From Elusimicrobiota bacterium (GTDB lineage: Bacteria > Elusimicrobiota > Elusimicrobia > UBA1565 > JACRDR01), in contig JBGFSC010000035.1 in assembly GCA_041694815.1 (NCBI GenBank), forward strand, positions 1 to 64,000: a stretch of DNA of 64,000 nt. The letters are read 5' to 3'. Both the position numbers and the translations under genes were made by a program. Under the pieces are notes generated by a model. That model was given only the letters and a program-made list of their open reading frames with translations, did no database searches and was not told the origin of the DNA. Below are positions 39,101 through 47,312 of the stretch, piece by piece (positions within the stretch are counted from its first letter, which is position 1; each line of letters opens with the position of its first letter).

Positions 39101-42100
39101 CCCCGAGACTCCCTTCCCATTCGAGCAGCTCAACGCCAACGATTACGAGCAAATGTTGGCGCGCTTGCGCGAGCTGTTGGGATCCACCGCGCGGCTGAGC
39201 TCCATCATGCGCAGCCTCGACGCCGACAAGCTGCGCCGTCCCGATGCCGCCGATCTCAGCGCTTTGGATAAGTTCTCGAGCCGATTCATCAACGCCATCC
39301 CCTTCATCGAGCAGATCACCTTCGGTTTCGGACAGCAGCTCTACGATAATCTTTCCAACCAGGTCATCGGCGGGGGATTGAGCGTCCGCCTTCCGCTTTA
39401 TGACTCGGATTCCCGGCTAAAGGAAGAAGCGTGGACCCTCAAGAATCGCGCGACGATCGACCAGATGCGCTCGGCCTTCGCCGAATACCGTCTGCGCGCC
39501 GCGCAAGAGAGGATGGCCGCCGAGGGCTTCGATGGGGCCGCCGAGCGGCTGCGCGAGGAGATGCGGCCCGCCGCCGACGCCTTCCAAAGGCAGATCGCCG
39601 CCTACCGTAACGGGCTCTGCCGGCGAGAGCAATTGTGGCAGGCCTACCGCCGCTGGCATTGGACGATCACCCGTCTCTTGGAAACCCGAAGCAAGACCGG
39701 CCTTAAGGCCGCTTGGGCGATGCTTGAGGGCGGCCAGGCCGCGGCCTGGCGGGGACTTGAGTCGCGCCTGCATCGCCCCGGCAAGGAACGGGACATGGGG
39801 GCGGTACCGAATGCCGCGACCGCGTTCGATCACGTGACGGAGGACGGCCGCTTCGACGAGTTCACGTTCCGCGCCGAGGCCGCGCGCCGCCTGAGCCTGG
39901 CCTCCTCGCGCCGCTTAGTCAAGCTGGCCGTCGACCTCAGCGTCTTTTCCAATTTCACCGCCGAGGGGCTGGCATGGCTGCCGGCTGTGGGAGCCACGGC
40001 CCTCGGCTTCTTCCCGATCCTGGGCGTCGACGTCAGGCCCCAGGAGCTGGCGGACTTGCAGAAGGCCCAGCATGGGGACGAGGCCGAGATGTTCGGGCAC
40101 TTGAAGTCGCAAGCCAAGGGCGAGGCCTCCCTGCTCTTCTTCGAGAATTACTCTTCTTATCGTGCCACCGAAGAGATACTCAAGATCTACCGCGACGATC
40201 TGCTGCCGGCCAAGCGCGCGGCGGCCTCCAGAAGGCCCGGCGACGACGCGGCCCAGGTCGAGCTCGCCCAGGCCGAGGCGCAGCAGGCGGCCCTCGCGGC
40301 GCAGCACGCCCAGACCCGCGCGGCCTTGAACGCGCTGCTCGGACGGCCCCTGGATTCGGCCTTCGACATGGCCCAGAACCCTAGGGAAGTGCTCGGCGAG
40401 CTCGAGAGGCGCTTGAAGGCGGCTCCCCCGCTGGAGTCCCGCAGGGAGGTGCTCAAGAGGCGCCTGGAGGTGGCGCGCAGCGTCGAGACGATCGTCGACA
40501 AGAATCTCAAGCTCGAGCATATGCGCGCCGAACCGGTCTCGCTGGTCGCGCGCGCCGTCGGGCGGCTTATTTCGGCCATCTCGGGTGGCGGGGACGCGAA
40601 GCCGGAGGCCGTCTCGCGCGCGCGGCAGCAGACCCTGCAGGCGGAGCGCGCCCTCCGCTCCTTCGAGAAGGGGCTTCCGGCGGCCGACGCCAAGCTGCGC
40701 TTCGAATTGAAGCTGGCCTCAGACGCCCTCTGCGCGATCCGCTACCGTCGGGATTCCGAAAGCCGGGTCCAGGCCTTGGCCCTCCAGCATCGTATCCGCT
40801 CCGCGCAGGCCCAATTAGCGGCCTTGGGCCGGTCGGTCGACGAGACGGCCGCCGACACCCCCTGCGGGGTCCAAACCGACCTTTCGCCCGCCGGGCGCTC
40901 GTCGGAGCGGTTGCCTCGCTCCCTGAGGGAAATGGAAAACCGCCTTGTCACCGCCTGCGAGAGCGAGACGGTGACCCCCGGCCCAGACGGCCTCGGCTCG
41001 GATGGCCCTCTCTACCCCGCCGAATCCGGTGCCCAATCCTATTCCCGCCTCAATTGGGTGCACCAATCGCTGGACATGAAGCCCGTCGCGGGCGATTGCT
41101 GGAACTGCGGGCAGTCCTTCCTGGAGAATTGGGTGGAATTGCGCCTGCGCCTGCCGCAGATGGGCCCGCCGAATCTCGCCTCGCTGGGACGGCTTCAGGA
41201 GGAGCGCGGCGACCAGCTGCACCGCGCCCAGATGGCGGCGGCCCGCGCGCGCGCGCGCGGGTTGCTCACCCGGTTTAAGGCGGCCGTCGAGCTCTACCGT
41301 TGGGCCGAGCGTTCGGCCCACGAGGGCGCGCCGCTTTTCAAGGAGCAAATGGAGTCGGCGATGCGCCGCGATTTCGCCGAGATCGCCGCGCATCTGGGGC
41401 TTTCCGGCGAGATCGGCTTCGAGCAGGCGATGCCCCTGGTCCCGCAGTATTCCACCGAGCCGTCCCAGATCGCCGAGCAGATGATCCGCGATCTCGAAAC
41501 GATCGACCAGGAGGCGGTGCGCCGCATCCTTTTCGAGGACGGGGTGCCGTTGGAATCGCTGCGCACCCAGCAGGAGATCTCGCAGCTTAAGGCCGACCGG
41601 GTCGCCAAGAGCATGAGCTACAAGGGCTTCACCCTGGCGGCCGCCTTCGGCTTTTTCCGCGGGCAGCGGGTGGGCGGGCTTTTCGTCGAGGCTCCCGACA
41701 TGAACCAGGTCCAGCGCCGCCTGGAGGAGATACTACTCGACGGCGTGCGGCAGGAATACGAGGGGAGGCAGCGGGTTAAGCAATTGGCGTTCCAATTGCA
41801 CGCGCTGATGGCTTCCGTGGCCGAGAAGACCCGGCTGCTGGAGAGCCGCCGTTCGCGACTGGAAGCGGCCCGGCGCAATCTCCGCGGGACCTGGGTGGAG
41901 CTGGGACGCGGCATGGCCCCGCCGAGCGCCGTGGCAGCGGCGCAGGCCGAGCTTGAGCGGGCCTGGAAGGAGTTCATCGAAACCCTGACCCGCCTGCGCA
42001 TGGAATTCGTGCAGCTCGTCAGCGAGCTTCAGGCGTTGGGGGAAAGGCCGACGGGGGTCGCCTCCAAGGGCGGGCAATGGAGCGCGCTGCGCGAGCTTCC

Positions 42101-44894
42101 CGGCGCGGAGGACGGTCCGCGGGCCCGGATGCTTCGTTATTGGTCCGAACGGATGCTGGACCCCGGTTTCGAGGCCCGGCTTCGCCCGCTGCTCGAGGGG
42201 GCCGTCGCGGTGCCGGCCGAAGACCGCCGGCGATTATCGAAGCTCGTCCAAGACGCGCGCGAGCTCAAGGAAGACGTCGATGTCATCCGGCATTCCTCCG
42301 AGTCCCCGGCCGCCAAGCTGGATCTCCTGACGAAGGCGGACCTAGAGGGACGCCGGCAGAAGATCGAGGCGGCGCTGGACCGGATATTGTCCGGCCTCGA
42401 GGCTCCTTCCGGGCAGGGCCCGAGCGCCGCGGCCCAGTCGGCGCAGGCCCTGCATAAGTTCTTGAGCGAGGATTTGCGGCAGCAGGCCTCGGCGGCGGAC
42501 GGCGAGGTGCTGGGCCAGCGCCGCGTCGAGTACGCCATGCGCGACGCGTACTGGAACGCGGTCAAGGCCCCGCCCAGCTTCCAGAAGATATACCTCCGCT
42601 TGAGCGGGCTTTCCGAGTCGCTCGATGATCTGCGAGGCGCCTTCCTGGGTTCCTACATGGAGCATCGGGAACGGCCCGAGGATTTCATGCTCCGCGACGC
42701 GAGGCTCGACGAGTACTTGAAGGCGCAGCTTGCCTACGACGAGGCGGTGATCCGGGCCTTCCAGAACCCGAACCTAAGGCGCTCGAAGCGCTTCGCGCAG
42801 GCCTTGGGGTCGCTATTCTCGCTGCAGGAAAGCTTGGAGCGGCAGCGCGACTTTAAGCGCTACGGCCGGGGGCTCTTGGCGATCGACGCCTTGATCGCCG
42901 CCGAAAAGGCGAGGCTCGACGGGATGCGCTTTAATCGCGCGGGACCCTTGGAGTTCGGCCCCGTGGCCCAGAGAATCGCCTGGTTGGAGGACCTGCGCCG
43001 CCGTTGGATGGAACGCCCGGGCGAGCTCGAGGGTGTGGCCGCCGCCCGAGATGCTCGGGGCCGCGTCGCGGAATGGATCCCGATCCGTGAGCTCGACGGT
43101 TTGAAGAAGGCGGGGCGCCTGATCGCGGCTGCCGGCAGCAGGTGGGTGCTGGGCCCAGCCCAGGCGGGCTTGGCGCACTCGACGACCGAGCAGCTGCGCG
43201 GCGGCGGGGCGCTCGAGCTCGAGGAAGGCCCGGACGCGGCTGTAGCTAGGGCCGAGAGCGAGCGCCTGGAGCGGTGGCGGCAGAGGCTCGGGCAATGGAA
43301 GGCGCAGGCCTTGGCCGGCGCGGAGTTCGTCGCCCTGCCGTACGATCTCGACGGGGAGCCGTCGGAGACCCAGCTGGAGCGCCTCTCGCTAGAAGAGCTG
43401 CGGCGCAGGGAACGCCAGGGCCTGGTGCTTTATTTCGACGCCCAAAAGGATCGGCGGGGTCTGCACCCGGCCCTGCACCCCTTCCAGGCGATGCGCATGA
43501 ACCCGAGGGATTTGCGGATCTACTTGAGCACCGCCCCCATTTTCGGCCGGTTCGGGACTCTGGAGGCCTTGCGCGAGAATTGGGGGCGTGGCGGCCTGCG
43601 CGTGCTGGAGATGGGTGCGATGGGAGCCAAGGCCCTCGCCTCGGAAGCGGCGCGGCGCCGGGACCTCTCCATGGCCTTGGGCTGGGTGGAGCTCAAGCTG
43701 GAAGGCTACGGCTTCGCCTTGGATCCGGACGGACTCGTCGCCGGGGTCTACATGGACAAGAAGGAGTACCGCGAGGCCCAGGCGCCGGCCGCGGCCTCCA
43801 AGGGATCCGGGCGCAAATTCCATTTGAGCAAGGACCTGCATTGGGGCTTGGACTCGCAGAACCGGCTCGTTTCCGTCCGCTTGAAGGGCAAGGCCCTGTG
43901 GGAAACGGAAGGTCGGCCGCGCCGTTGGGTCAAGGGCGAGGTGGAGGGAGTTGAAATCGCCCAGGACGTGCGGCTCGTGCGCGTCTTCGGCGACGTCACG
44001 GGGCCGTCGAGGAAATGGGAGATGGAGGACATGGAGGGCAGGCGTTACGCGCCCAACGCCAGGAAGATCCCTCCGAATTTCCGCCTCAAGCGCTACATCG
44101 ACCCTGAGACGGGGCTCCCGGTCCTTTTGGGCCGGCGGGTGCTCGAGGCCTATGTCCAGGCCGCCGACCGGCACAGCGGAGGCATTCGACGCTGGCCGTT
44201 CGTGAACCTTCCGGACCTGGTGGCCCAAATACCGCGAAGCATTTTCCATGACCTGACCTTCCGCAGCAGCATCACCGGAATAGACGCCAGGCAGGACAGC
44301 TATCTCGGCCGGGTCTACGCGCACCGGCTCGAAGGCAGCGCCGGCGACGACAACGCCCTCCTCAAGCTGGTCCGCTTCCTCGACATCTTGGACCTGTTGC
44401 CCGATCCCGTTGAGGGCTATCGGGACCCGAGCCAATTCCCCGATGAGATCGAGCTCGATGACAAGCCGCTCGCGGGAGAGCCGATTTACGCCCTGGATCC
44501 CGACGCGAAAGGAAAAGATATCACTTGGGGCCTTGCCGGACTGCTGCGCCAGAGGGGATACGCGCGCGAGGATATCGAGGCGGCGCGCGGGAGGATACTC
44601 GCGGCCTTTCAGGGGGGCGTGCAGTCGGTGCTGCTGCACACCGTGCTCGGAAGGAACCGCCCCTACATCGAGGCGCAGAGCCGGGTGGAGGCCGGCGAGG
44701 AGGCCATCGACGCCGCCCTGGAGGAGCTCGGCTTGGAGGGTGCCGACGGGCGCGCCCTGCTGCAGGTCGACCCCAAGAGCATACAGGTCGACCATGTCTC
44801 GGCCGACGTGCAGATCTTCATGGGCGCTCGGGAGTACGAGGCCCAGCGCCGCCGCTACGAGCTCTACGCCGAAGAACTAGCCAAGAAAAAATAG
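33117..44894 (+). CDS. Giant exported envelope protein (3925 aa) with helical region, putative beta-barrel and tandem TolC/OEP-like repeats
   Basis: Uninterrupted 11.8-kb ORF with GC3-rich codons and signal-like ...ISLLLAHAVLWQALYPAAALA. Amphipathic strands at about 37330-38470. OEP-like motifs include GGGLSVRLPLYD, AYRNG....EQL, LAQAEAQ...RAALNALLGRP and YNLLTG. Confidence 0.85.
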   Translation: MQAYSPPAWHRFISLLLAHAVLWQALYPAAALALEGGRPLPSRLGSAAEKLIQDAGLEKGSFEGALPEPPAPPEGREIAVLSRKDEPDSWSLHARWAREARQDLLARVLGRAGVLERKGIQAEHVEALRKAAQGLAYAELKALVEAWGPVRAARLGRLLLFLSRGDAAVGAWLRSHLGEAPADVSMALPSLAALLSIPDDAERLKADARRALHEASAKRPPTADGVARKKRNSRSVPSPEKEALEKASLERRYEQAKLSQQRDLVNGASKGEPGTIERLKKFYEGLLPAPPANGGFGMSESAESRAAALQALLKAWNGAALRNSPPEAASQDKAPLAGTPQEKAILESVSRIESLKVQLQDAIALRETAAAAVAATESARNAALKLRRGGQDMLEFRKNHARLAMVTELSYANNVLTAAQKAVGGMLAIVDRRMAQIEEARGRGQANAAATRARQAKKGDWQQKVDEDVAEDNRQAGLFTTLQELGQIYVDRVEGFKLDVGNLIAEINGKDKGSSADAPSEYRRRKAMVPELERCAREDCGDGSGDISNLSVASLKKQLEEVDGYIAQIAQERGQFRDLPIQGAAQLIVFVPPIPEVKGHNFGADPAAVLPILRQRRQELDKRLADLTKMWSTARDMADPGYGGSRQNEFGDSIPASLSKYRESEAQKLNANRSKMNKFAALIDQTAAKLGGGLPLLSGKSAEELREDLKNYPNQLQSLRFEDSLEGNKLMLEMLNIARYLPLLADATIRTAEAEGTIKVVDEAIPVVQKAAAGLKLAVDGVQGLLDDVAEDETYIRNFSNDPGKQQALINRKKDLVERLDIMLRQLKELLEKTLLPFQEKRAGSGGASMEGGDNYNTLYTIKLEVYELIEHFHKVGVPWLLASVGAPENNQGQARANIAGFRRKLDEYKLNIAELQRQVKCRKDPECQDPDEAYGEAMPYSLPRRIKKYEEEMRLRAAQVNRQASAINEILADIDRETNGRSGLQPYALPADVNPEDPGAAERLKQFGTSGAVDGLVERLKQIAAAAEQGGGDGLKMPSLDASGIPTGTQPSPTVNAQQKTALLALEAVKRLAPSTAAPDGDSFADALKRFVWAASVKAASEDALANQVPRYDELLKRGDEILGEMYADLEEDARYISAPESGGLQLMARKIDLYGRLRDFSKHAVEVFQQKAADDRKGADTIKDVDTYLTLEGSIYEQSGAILDAEYQAAKLYADTLGNMKRQLDDQADQVRNWLSQLNPAQETALNRLSQSMSRLMERTKAVLETNGPYYSALDLFKKADRDLIDLTEQMGLAEKELKKALVDEKTASRYRREDMGDDLADKVEALTMAGTAWFAEGKGILPQAMIIPKSHFEEFLDSVLSSLGGQNAARRLAQSGGDLPGPMMLSQLIPNSKVLSLGDPGTGFYVAYQSNFSVPNGLESDSQVTLGNVASANLFGAEQNLSLIGYRFASPPNSGNAPYGDRGISVQLESLGKNGANYLDITFHRLLQDIPKDNGFKAQTEDNRLMVFENFALMVSSGRLYLGGAGFGDFATSDLGHVDPRSLWRTMRRGSDGSQQKPYYFGGALQQSIRFNELMELTAEQSALWAKDPRRFLQTINLDFTQYDPLFDQDFVISARGDSKYFNRQKFGARFNLGRFLGRGSKAPSFTLELYGSRLDGSDDIGQWAGGATVLSGMSFDAGPGSPFMPVSVNASLTAEAGQKYETGKAFLNIQFQKGIAFSAQGKIMPTHEQLLAGDLRDAPANLIAQASMKLNPQTDIFVSYGSPYLGLNPRFTLGSHFMTSVGDVWRTVFERTKRRMSGDLPLERFNKNLDEFFRRDGGPQNPLVRQLEQVYANDIGKKLLSLDMGQFSKDLEDLVNQGAFFDNTRMHGTVGFVPWGVGTTLADRVAGPGFQTGTMTQFVMKKTKRVEIERKVVSIFSAGLALQARLIELTKEWEQAVADILQAQWELQLAQFAYNTAQEDTMRLDAEGKALEAQIRLKQATLRYNLLTGQRPETPFPFEQLNANDYEQMLARLRELLGSTARLSSIMRSLDADKLRRPDAADLSALDKFSSRFINAIPFIEQITFGFGQQLYDNLSNQVIGGGLSVRLPLYDSDSRLKEEAWTLKNRATIDQMRSAFAEYRLRAAQERMAAEGFDGAAERLREEMRPAADAFQRQIAAYRNGLCRREQLWQAYRRWHWTITRLLETRSKTGLKAAWAMLEGGQAAAWRGLESRLHRPGKERDMGAVPNAATAFDHVTEDGRFDEFTFRAEAARRLSLASSRRLVKLAVDLSVFSNFTAEGLAWLPAVGATALGFFPILGVDVRPQELADLQKAQHGDEAEMFGHLKSQAKGEASLLFFENYSSYRATEEILKIYRDDLLPAKRAAASRRPGDDAAQVELAQAEAQQAALAAQHAQTRAALNALLGRPLDSAFDMAQNPREVLGELERRLKAAPPLESRREVLKRRLEVARSVETIVDKNLKLEHMRAEPVSLVARAVGRLISAISGGGDAKPEAVSRARQQTLQAERALRSFEKGLPAADAKLRFELKLASDALCAIRYRRDSESRVQALALQHRIRSAQAQLAALGRSVDETAADTPCGVQTDLSPAGRSSERLPRSLREMENRLVTACESETVTPGPDGLGSDGPLYPAESGAQSYSRLNWVHQSLDMKPVAGDCWNCGQSFLENWVELRLRLPQMGPPNLASLGRLQEERGDQLHRAQMAAARARARGLLTRFKAAVELYRWAERSAHEGAPLFKEQMESAMRRDFAEIAAHLGLSGEIGFEQAMPLVPQYSTEPSQIAEQMIRDLETIDQEAVRRILFEDGVPLESLRTQQEISQLKADRVAKSMSYKGFTLAAAFGFFRGQRVGGLFVEAPDMNQVQRRLEEILLDGVRQEYEGRQRVKQLAFQLHALMASVAEKTRLLESRRSRLEAARRNLRGTWVELGRGMAPPSAVAAAQAELERAWKEFIETLTRLRMEFVQLVSELQALGERPTGVASKGGQWSALRELPGAEDGPRARMLRYWSERMLDPGFEARLRPLLEGAVAVPAEDRRRLSKLVQDARELKEDVDVIRHSSESPAAKLDLLTKADLEGRRQKIEAALDRILSGLEAPSGQGPSAAAQSAQALHKFLSEDLRQQASAADGEVLGQRRVEYAMRDAYWNAVKAPPSFQKIYLRLSGLSESLDDLRGAFLGSYMEHRERPEDFMLRDARLDEYLKAQLAYDEAVIRAFQNPNLRRSKRFAQALGSLFSLQESLERQRDFKRYGRGLLAIDALIAAEKARLDGMRFNRAGPLEFGPVAQRIAWLEDLRRRWMERPGELEGVAAARDARGRVAEWIPIRELDGLKKAGRLIAAAGSRWVLGPAQAGLAHSTTEQLRGGGALELEEGPDAAVARAESERLERWRQRLGQWKAQALAGAEFVALPYDLDGEPSETQLERLSLEELRRRERQGLVLYFDAQKDRRGLHPALHPFQAMRMNPRDLRIYLSTAPIFGRFGTLEALRENWGRGGLRVLEMGAMGAKALASEAARRRDLSMALGWVELKLEGYGFALDPDGLVAGVYMDKKEYREAQAPAAASKGSGRKFHLSKDLHWGLDSQNRLVSVRLKGKALWETEGRPRRWVKGEVEGVEIAQDVRLVRVFGDVTGPSRKWEMEDMEGRRYAPNARKIPPNFRLKRYIDPETGLPVLLGRRVLEAYVQAADRHSGGIRRWPFVNLPDLVAQIPRSIFHDLTFRSSITGIDARQDSYLGRVYAHRLEGSAGDDNALLKLVRFLDILDLLPDPVEGYRDPSQFPDEIELDDKPLAGEPIYALDPDAKGKDITWGLAGLLRQRGYAREDIEAARGRILAAFQGGVQSVLLHTVLGRNRPYIEAQSRVEAGEEAIDAALEELGLEGADGRALLQVDPKSIQVDHVSADVQIFMGAREYEAQRRRYELYAEELAKKK

Positions 44895-44901
44895 CAGCCC
44901 C

Positions 44902-45276
44902 CTAGGACGCTGCTTGGTATTTTTGCGCGGCGCGCGAGCGGCGGCGAGACTTGCGCCTGCGCTCGCGCTCGATGTCGCGCAGGCGCTCCGAGGTCTCGGG
45001 GGAAATCTTCATCTCGGCTTCGTCGACGAGCTCGCGCAGGGCGAGGAATCGGTTGACGCTGCGCCGGCGATCCCTCTGGCAGCGCACCGACAACCCGAGC
45101 GGCGGGTACTCCAGGCGCACGCAGTTGGCCGTCTTGTTGATCTTCTGCCCCCCTTTTCCCCCACCCTTGACGAAGCTCTCCGTGACAAGGCTCAAATCCA
45201 GGCCCAGGCGCAGGACGCGCCGGCGCAGCGCCTCGATTTTTTCGGGCGAGACGTCGAATCGTTCGTTGAGGTTCAC
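44902..45276 (-). CDS. Peptide chain release factor-like protein (RF-1 GGQ domain, ArfB/C12orf65-like)
   Basis: E.FVKGGGKGGQKINKT..CV.L and CQ..R....NR..A, with a basic C-terminal tail. Confidence 0.9.
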   Translation of the reverse strand: MNLNERFDVSPEKIEALRRRVLRLGLDLSLVTESFVKGGGKGGQKINKTANCVRLEYPPLGLSVRCQRDRRRSVNRFLALRELVDEAEMKISPETSERLRDIERERRRKSRRRSRAAQKYQAAS

Positions 45277-45319
45277 GCTTGTAGGGCGCCGAGTAGTTTA
45301 ACATAATCTCCACGGCGGC

Positions 45320-46120
45320 ATGACCGAGCTGGCACCGGAGTTCTCCTGGATCCAACTGACGGCCCTATCGGCGCTGGTGTTCTTCGCCGGCTTCGTCGAC
45401 GCCCTGGCCGGAGGCGGGGGGCTCATCACGCTCCCGGCGTATCTCGCCACGGGGCTTCCCCCTTCCCTCCTGCTCGGGACCAACAAACTCTCCTCCTCGA
45501 TCGGAACCGTCGCTTCCGCGCTCCGTTACTCTCGCGCCTTGAGCCTCTCCGTGCGTCCACTGCTGCCGGCGACTCTAGCCGCCGTCGTCGGCTCCCTCGC
45601 CGGGGCGCGGGCGGCTTTAGGGATGAACCCGCAGTGGCTGCGCTATTTTCTTCTCGCCGCGCTGCCCCTGCTTGCCTACTTCATCTATTCCCGGCACGAG
45701 TTCGGCGCCGCCGACCGCAGCGAGACCTTGCCTGCGCCCTCCCGGCAGAGGCGTTCCGTAGCCGTCTCCCTTCCGATCGGGGCTTATGACGGATTCTTCG
45801 GGCCGGGCACCGGAACTTTCTTGGCGCTGGCCTTCGTGCGCTTCGGGCGCTACGATTTGCTGGGCGCGACCGCGCGGGCCAAATGGATCAATTTGGCGAC
45901 CAATCTCGCCGCCCTGTGCGCCTTCTTGGCCGCGGGGACTGTGCACATCGCCTTAGGCGCGGCGATGGGGTTCTTCTCCGTCACCGGGCATTGGGCTGGT
46001 TCACACGTCGGGTTGAGCGGGGGCTCGCGCGAGATACGCCCCGCGGTGGCCTGCGTCTGCGCTTTGCTTTTCGCCAAACTTTTCTACGATGCCTTCTCCG
46101 GGCCGGCTTATGGGTTTTAA
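45320..46120 (+). CDS. TSUP (TauE/SafE) family transporter
   Basis: AGFVDALAGGGGLI, GTNK, IGAYDGFFGPGTGTF and AK..NLATN. Confidence 0.93.
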   Translation: MTELAPEFSWIQLTALSALVFFAGFVDALAGGGGLITLPAYLATGLPPSLLLGTNKLSSSIGTVASALRYSRALSLSVRPLLPATLAAVVGSLAGARAALGMNPQWLRYFLLAALPLLAYFIYSRHEFGAADRSETLPAPSRQRRSVAVSLPIGAYDGFFGPGTGTFLALAFVRFGRYDLLGATARAKWINLATNLAALCAFLAAGTVHIALGAAMGFFSVTGHWAGSHVGLSGGSREIRPAVACVCALLFAKLFYDAFSGPAYGF

Positions 46121-46472
46121 AGTCCTGCTCATCGATGACGACACCGCGCCTCGGCGCATGCTCCGTCTCTATTTCGAGAGCCGCGGGGGGCGCGTCAAGG
46201 AATCCTCGAGCGCCGAGGAGGCCCTCGGCTTCTTGCGCATCGAGGAGTTCGATCTCGTCTTGCTCGACAACATACTCCCGGGCCTGACCGGCCTGGAGGC
46301 CCTGCAGGCCTTAAGCGATGCCGGCAAGGCCGCCATCGTCATGATGAGCGGGGACACGGGCGAGACATTGCGCGAGGACGCCAGGCTTTTGGGCGCCCGG
46401 GCGCTGCTCAGCAAACCCTTCGACCTTAAGGAGCTCGACGCCCTTCTCGAAAAGTTGGGGCTTAAGGCCTGA
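46110..46472 (+). CDS. Single-domain response regulator
   Basis: VLLIDDD, DLVLLD..LPG..G, MMSG and KPF. Confidence 0.92.
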   Translation: MGFKVLLIDDDTAPRRMLRLYFESRGGRVKESSSAEEALGFLRIEEFDLVLLDNILPGLTGLEALQALSDAGKAAIVMMSGDTGETLREDARLLGARALLSKPFDLKELDALLEKLGLKA

Positions 46473-46817
46473 TCAGGCTTTTAGTTCGCGCGGCAGTTCG
46501 TCGATCTTGGCGGCGAGGATGAAATCGTTCTCCGACAGCCCCCCGATGGCGTGGGTGGACAGCTCGATGCGCAGGTTACGGTACCCGGTGAGGTGTATAT
46601 CCGGGTGATGGTCCTCGGACTCGGCGAGCTTCGCGATGTCATTGACGAATCGCACCGCGGCCATGAAGTCCTTCATGCGCAGCTCCTGGCGCAGCGCGGG
46701 CCCCTCGGCTAGCTTCCAACCCGGGGTCTGCTTGAGCAGCGCCTGGATCAGGTTGTCCGGAAGCGGCTGGGCGCCGCCCTCGCAGGGCACGCAATGCTTC
46801 TTCGCAAGATCGGTCAT
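46473..46817 (-). CDS. phhB: Pterin-4-alpha-carbinolamine dehydratase
   Basis: C.PCEGG, F..A..FVN, AE.EDHHPD, THAIGGLSENDFILAAKID. GGAGG site before MTDLAKK. Confidence 0.95.
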   Translation of the reverse strand: MTDLAKKHCVPCEGGAQPLPDNLIQALLKQTPGWKLAEGPALRQELRMKDFMAAVRFVNDIAKLAESEDHHPDIHLTGYRNLRIELSTHAIGGLSENDFILAAKIDELPRELKA

Positions 46818-46836
46818 GGGGTATGCCTCCAATGCG

Positions 46837-46862
46837 ATGCCCTCCCCCTTGGGGGAGGGCAT
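46837..46862. repeat. GC hairpin between tRNA-Ser and phhB
   Basis: ATGCCCTCCCCC-tt-GGGGGAGGGCAT; resembles the hairpin at 261-287. Confidence 0.6.
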
Positions 46863-46867
46863 AAAAA

Positions 46868-46958
46868 CGGAGAGGGAGGGATTCGAACCCTCGATACCGG
46901 TTTTCACCAGTATAACGGTTTAGCAAACCGTCGCCTTCAGCCGCTCGGCCACCTCTCC
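46868..46958 (-). tRNA. tRNA-Ser (anticodon GCT)
   Basis: GGAGAGG acceptor stem, D arm GGCCGAGCGGCTGAAGGC, anticodon arm ACGGT-TTGCTAA-ACCGT, long variable arm, T loop GGTTCGAATCC and discriminator G. CCA is not encoded. Confidence 0.97.
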
Positions 46959-47037
46959 TTAAATGCGTCCGGGCAAAACGCCCCGCCGGGTGATGATAGC
47001 AAAAGATAATCGCTGTATCCCGGTCACCCCGCCGTCC

Positions 47038-47066
47038 TTGCGGGCATTTCTCTCTTCTGTTAAACT
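47038..47066 (+). promoter_or_regulatory. Sigma70-like promoter for hicBA
   Basis: TTGCGG-17 bp-TAAACT, 9 nt before the ATG at 47076. Confidence 0.6.
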
Positions 47067-47075
47067 AAGAATGTT

Positions 47076-47312
47076 ATGGCAAAGGCTTTAAAGCTCACGG
47101 TTGTCTTCGAGGAAGCCGAAGAGGGAGGCTATATAGCTCGTGTTCCGGCTCTCCCTGGCTGTGTTACGCAGGGAGAATCGCTCGAAGAGGCCGAAGAAAT
47201 GGTGCGTGACGCAATTCGGGCGTACTGCGCCAGCCTTAAAAAGCATCGAGAGCCTATTCCATCCGCGGTGCGGGAAGTGGTCGAGTCGGTTTCCGTAGCG
47301 CTTCCCGCTTGA
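47076..47312 (+). CDS. hicB: HicB family antitoxin (short form)
   Basis: EEGGY.A.VPALPGC.TQGE.LEEA....DAI. Confidence 0.93.
   Translation: MAKALKLTVVFEEAEEGGYIARVPALPGCVTQGESLEEAEEMVRDAIRAYCASLKKHREPIPSAVREVVESVSVALPA

Noticed and set aside
46868..46958. tRNA-Ser as an integration site
   Set aside because: I saw no integrase and no duplicated tRNA 3' end in the window; the 3' neighbour is the housekeeping gene phhB.
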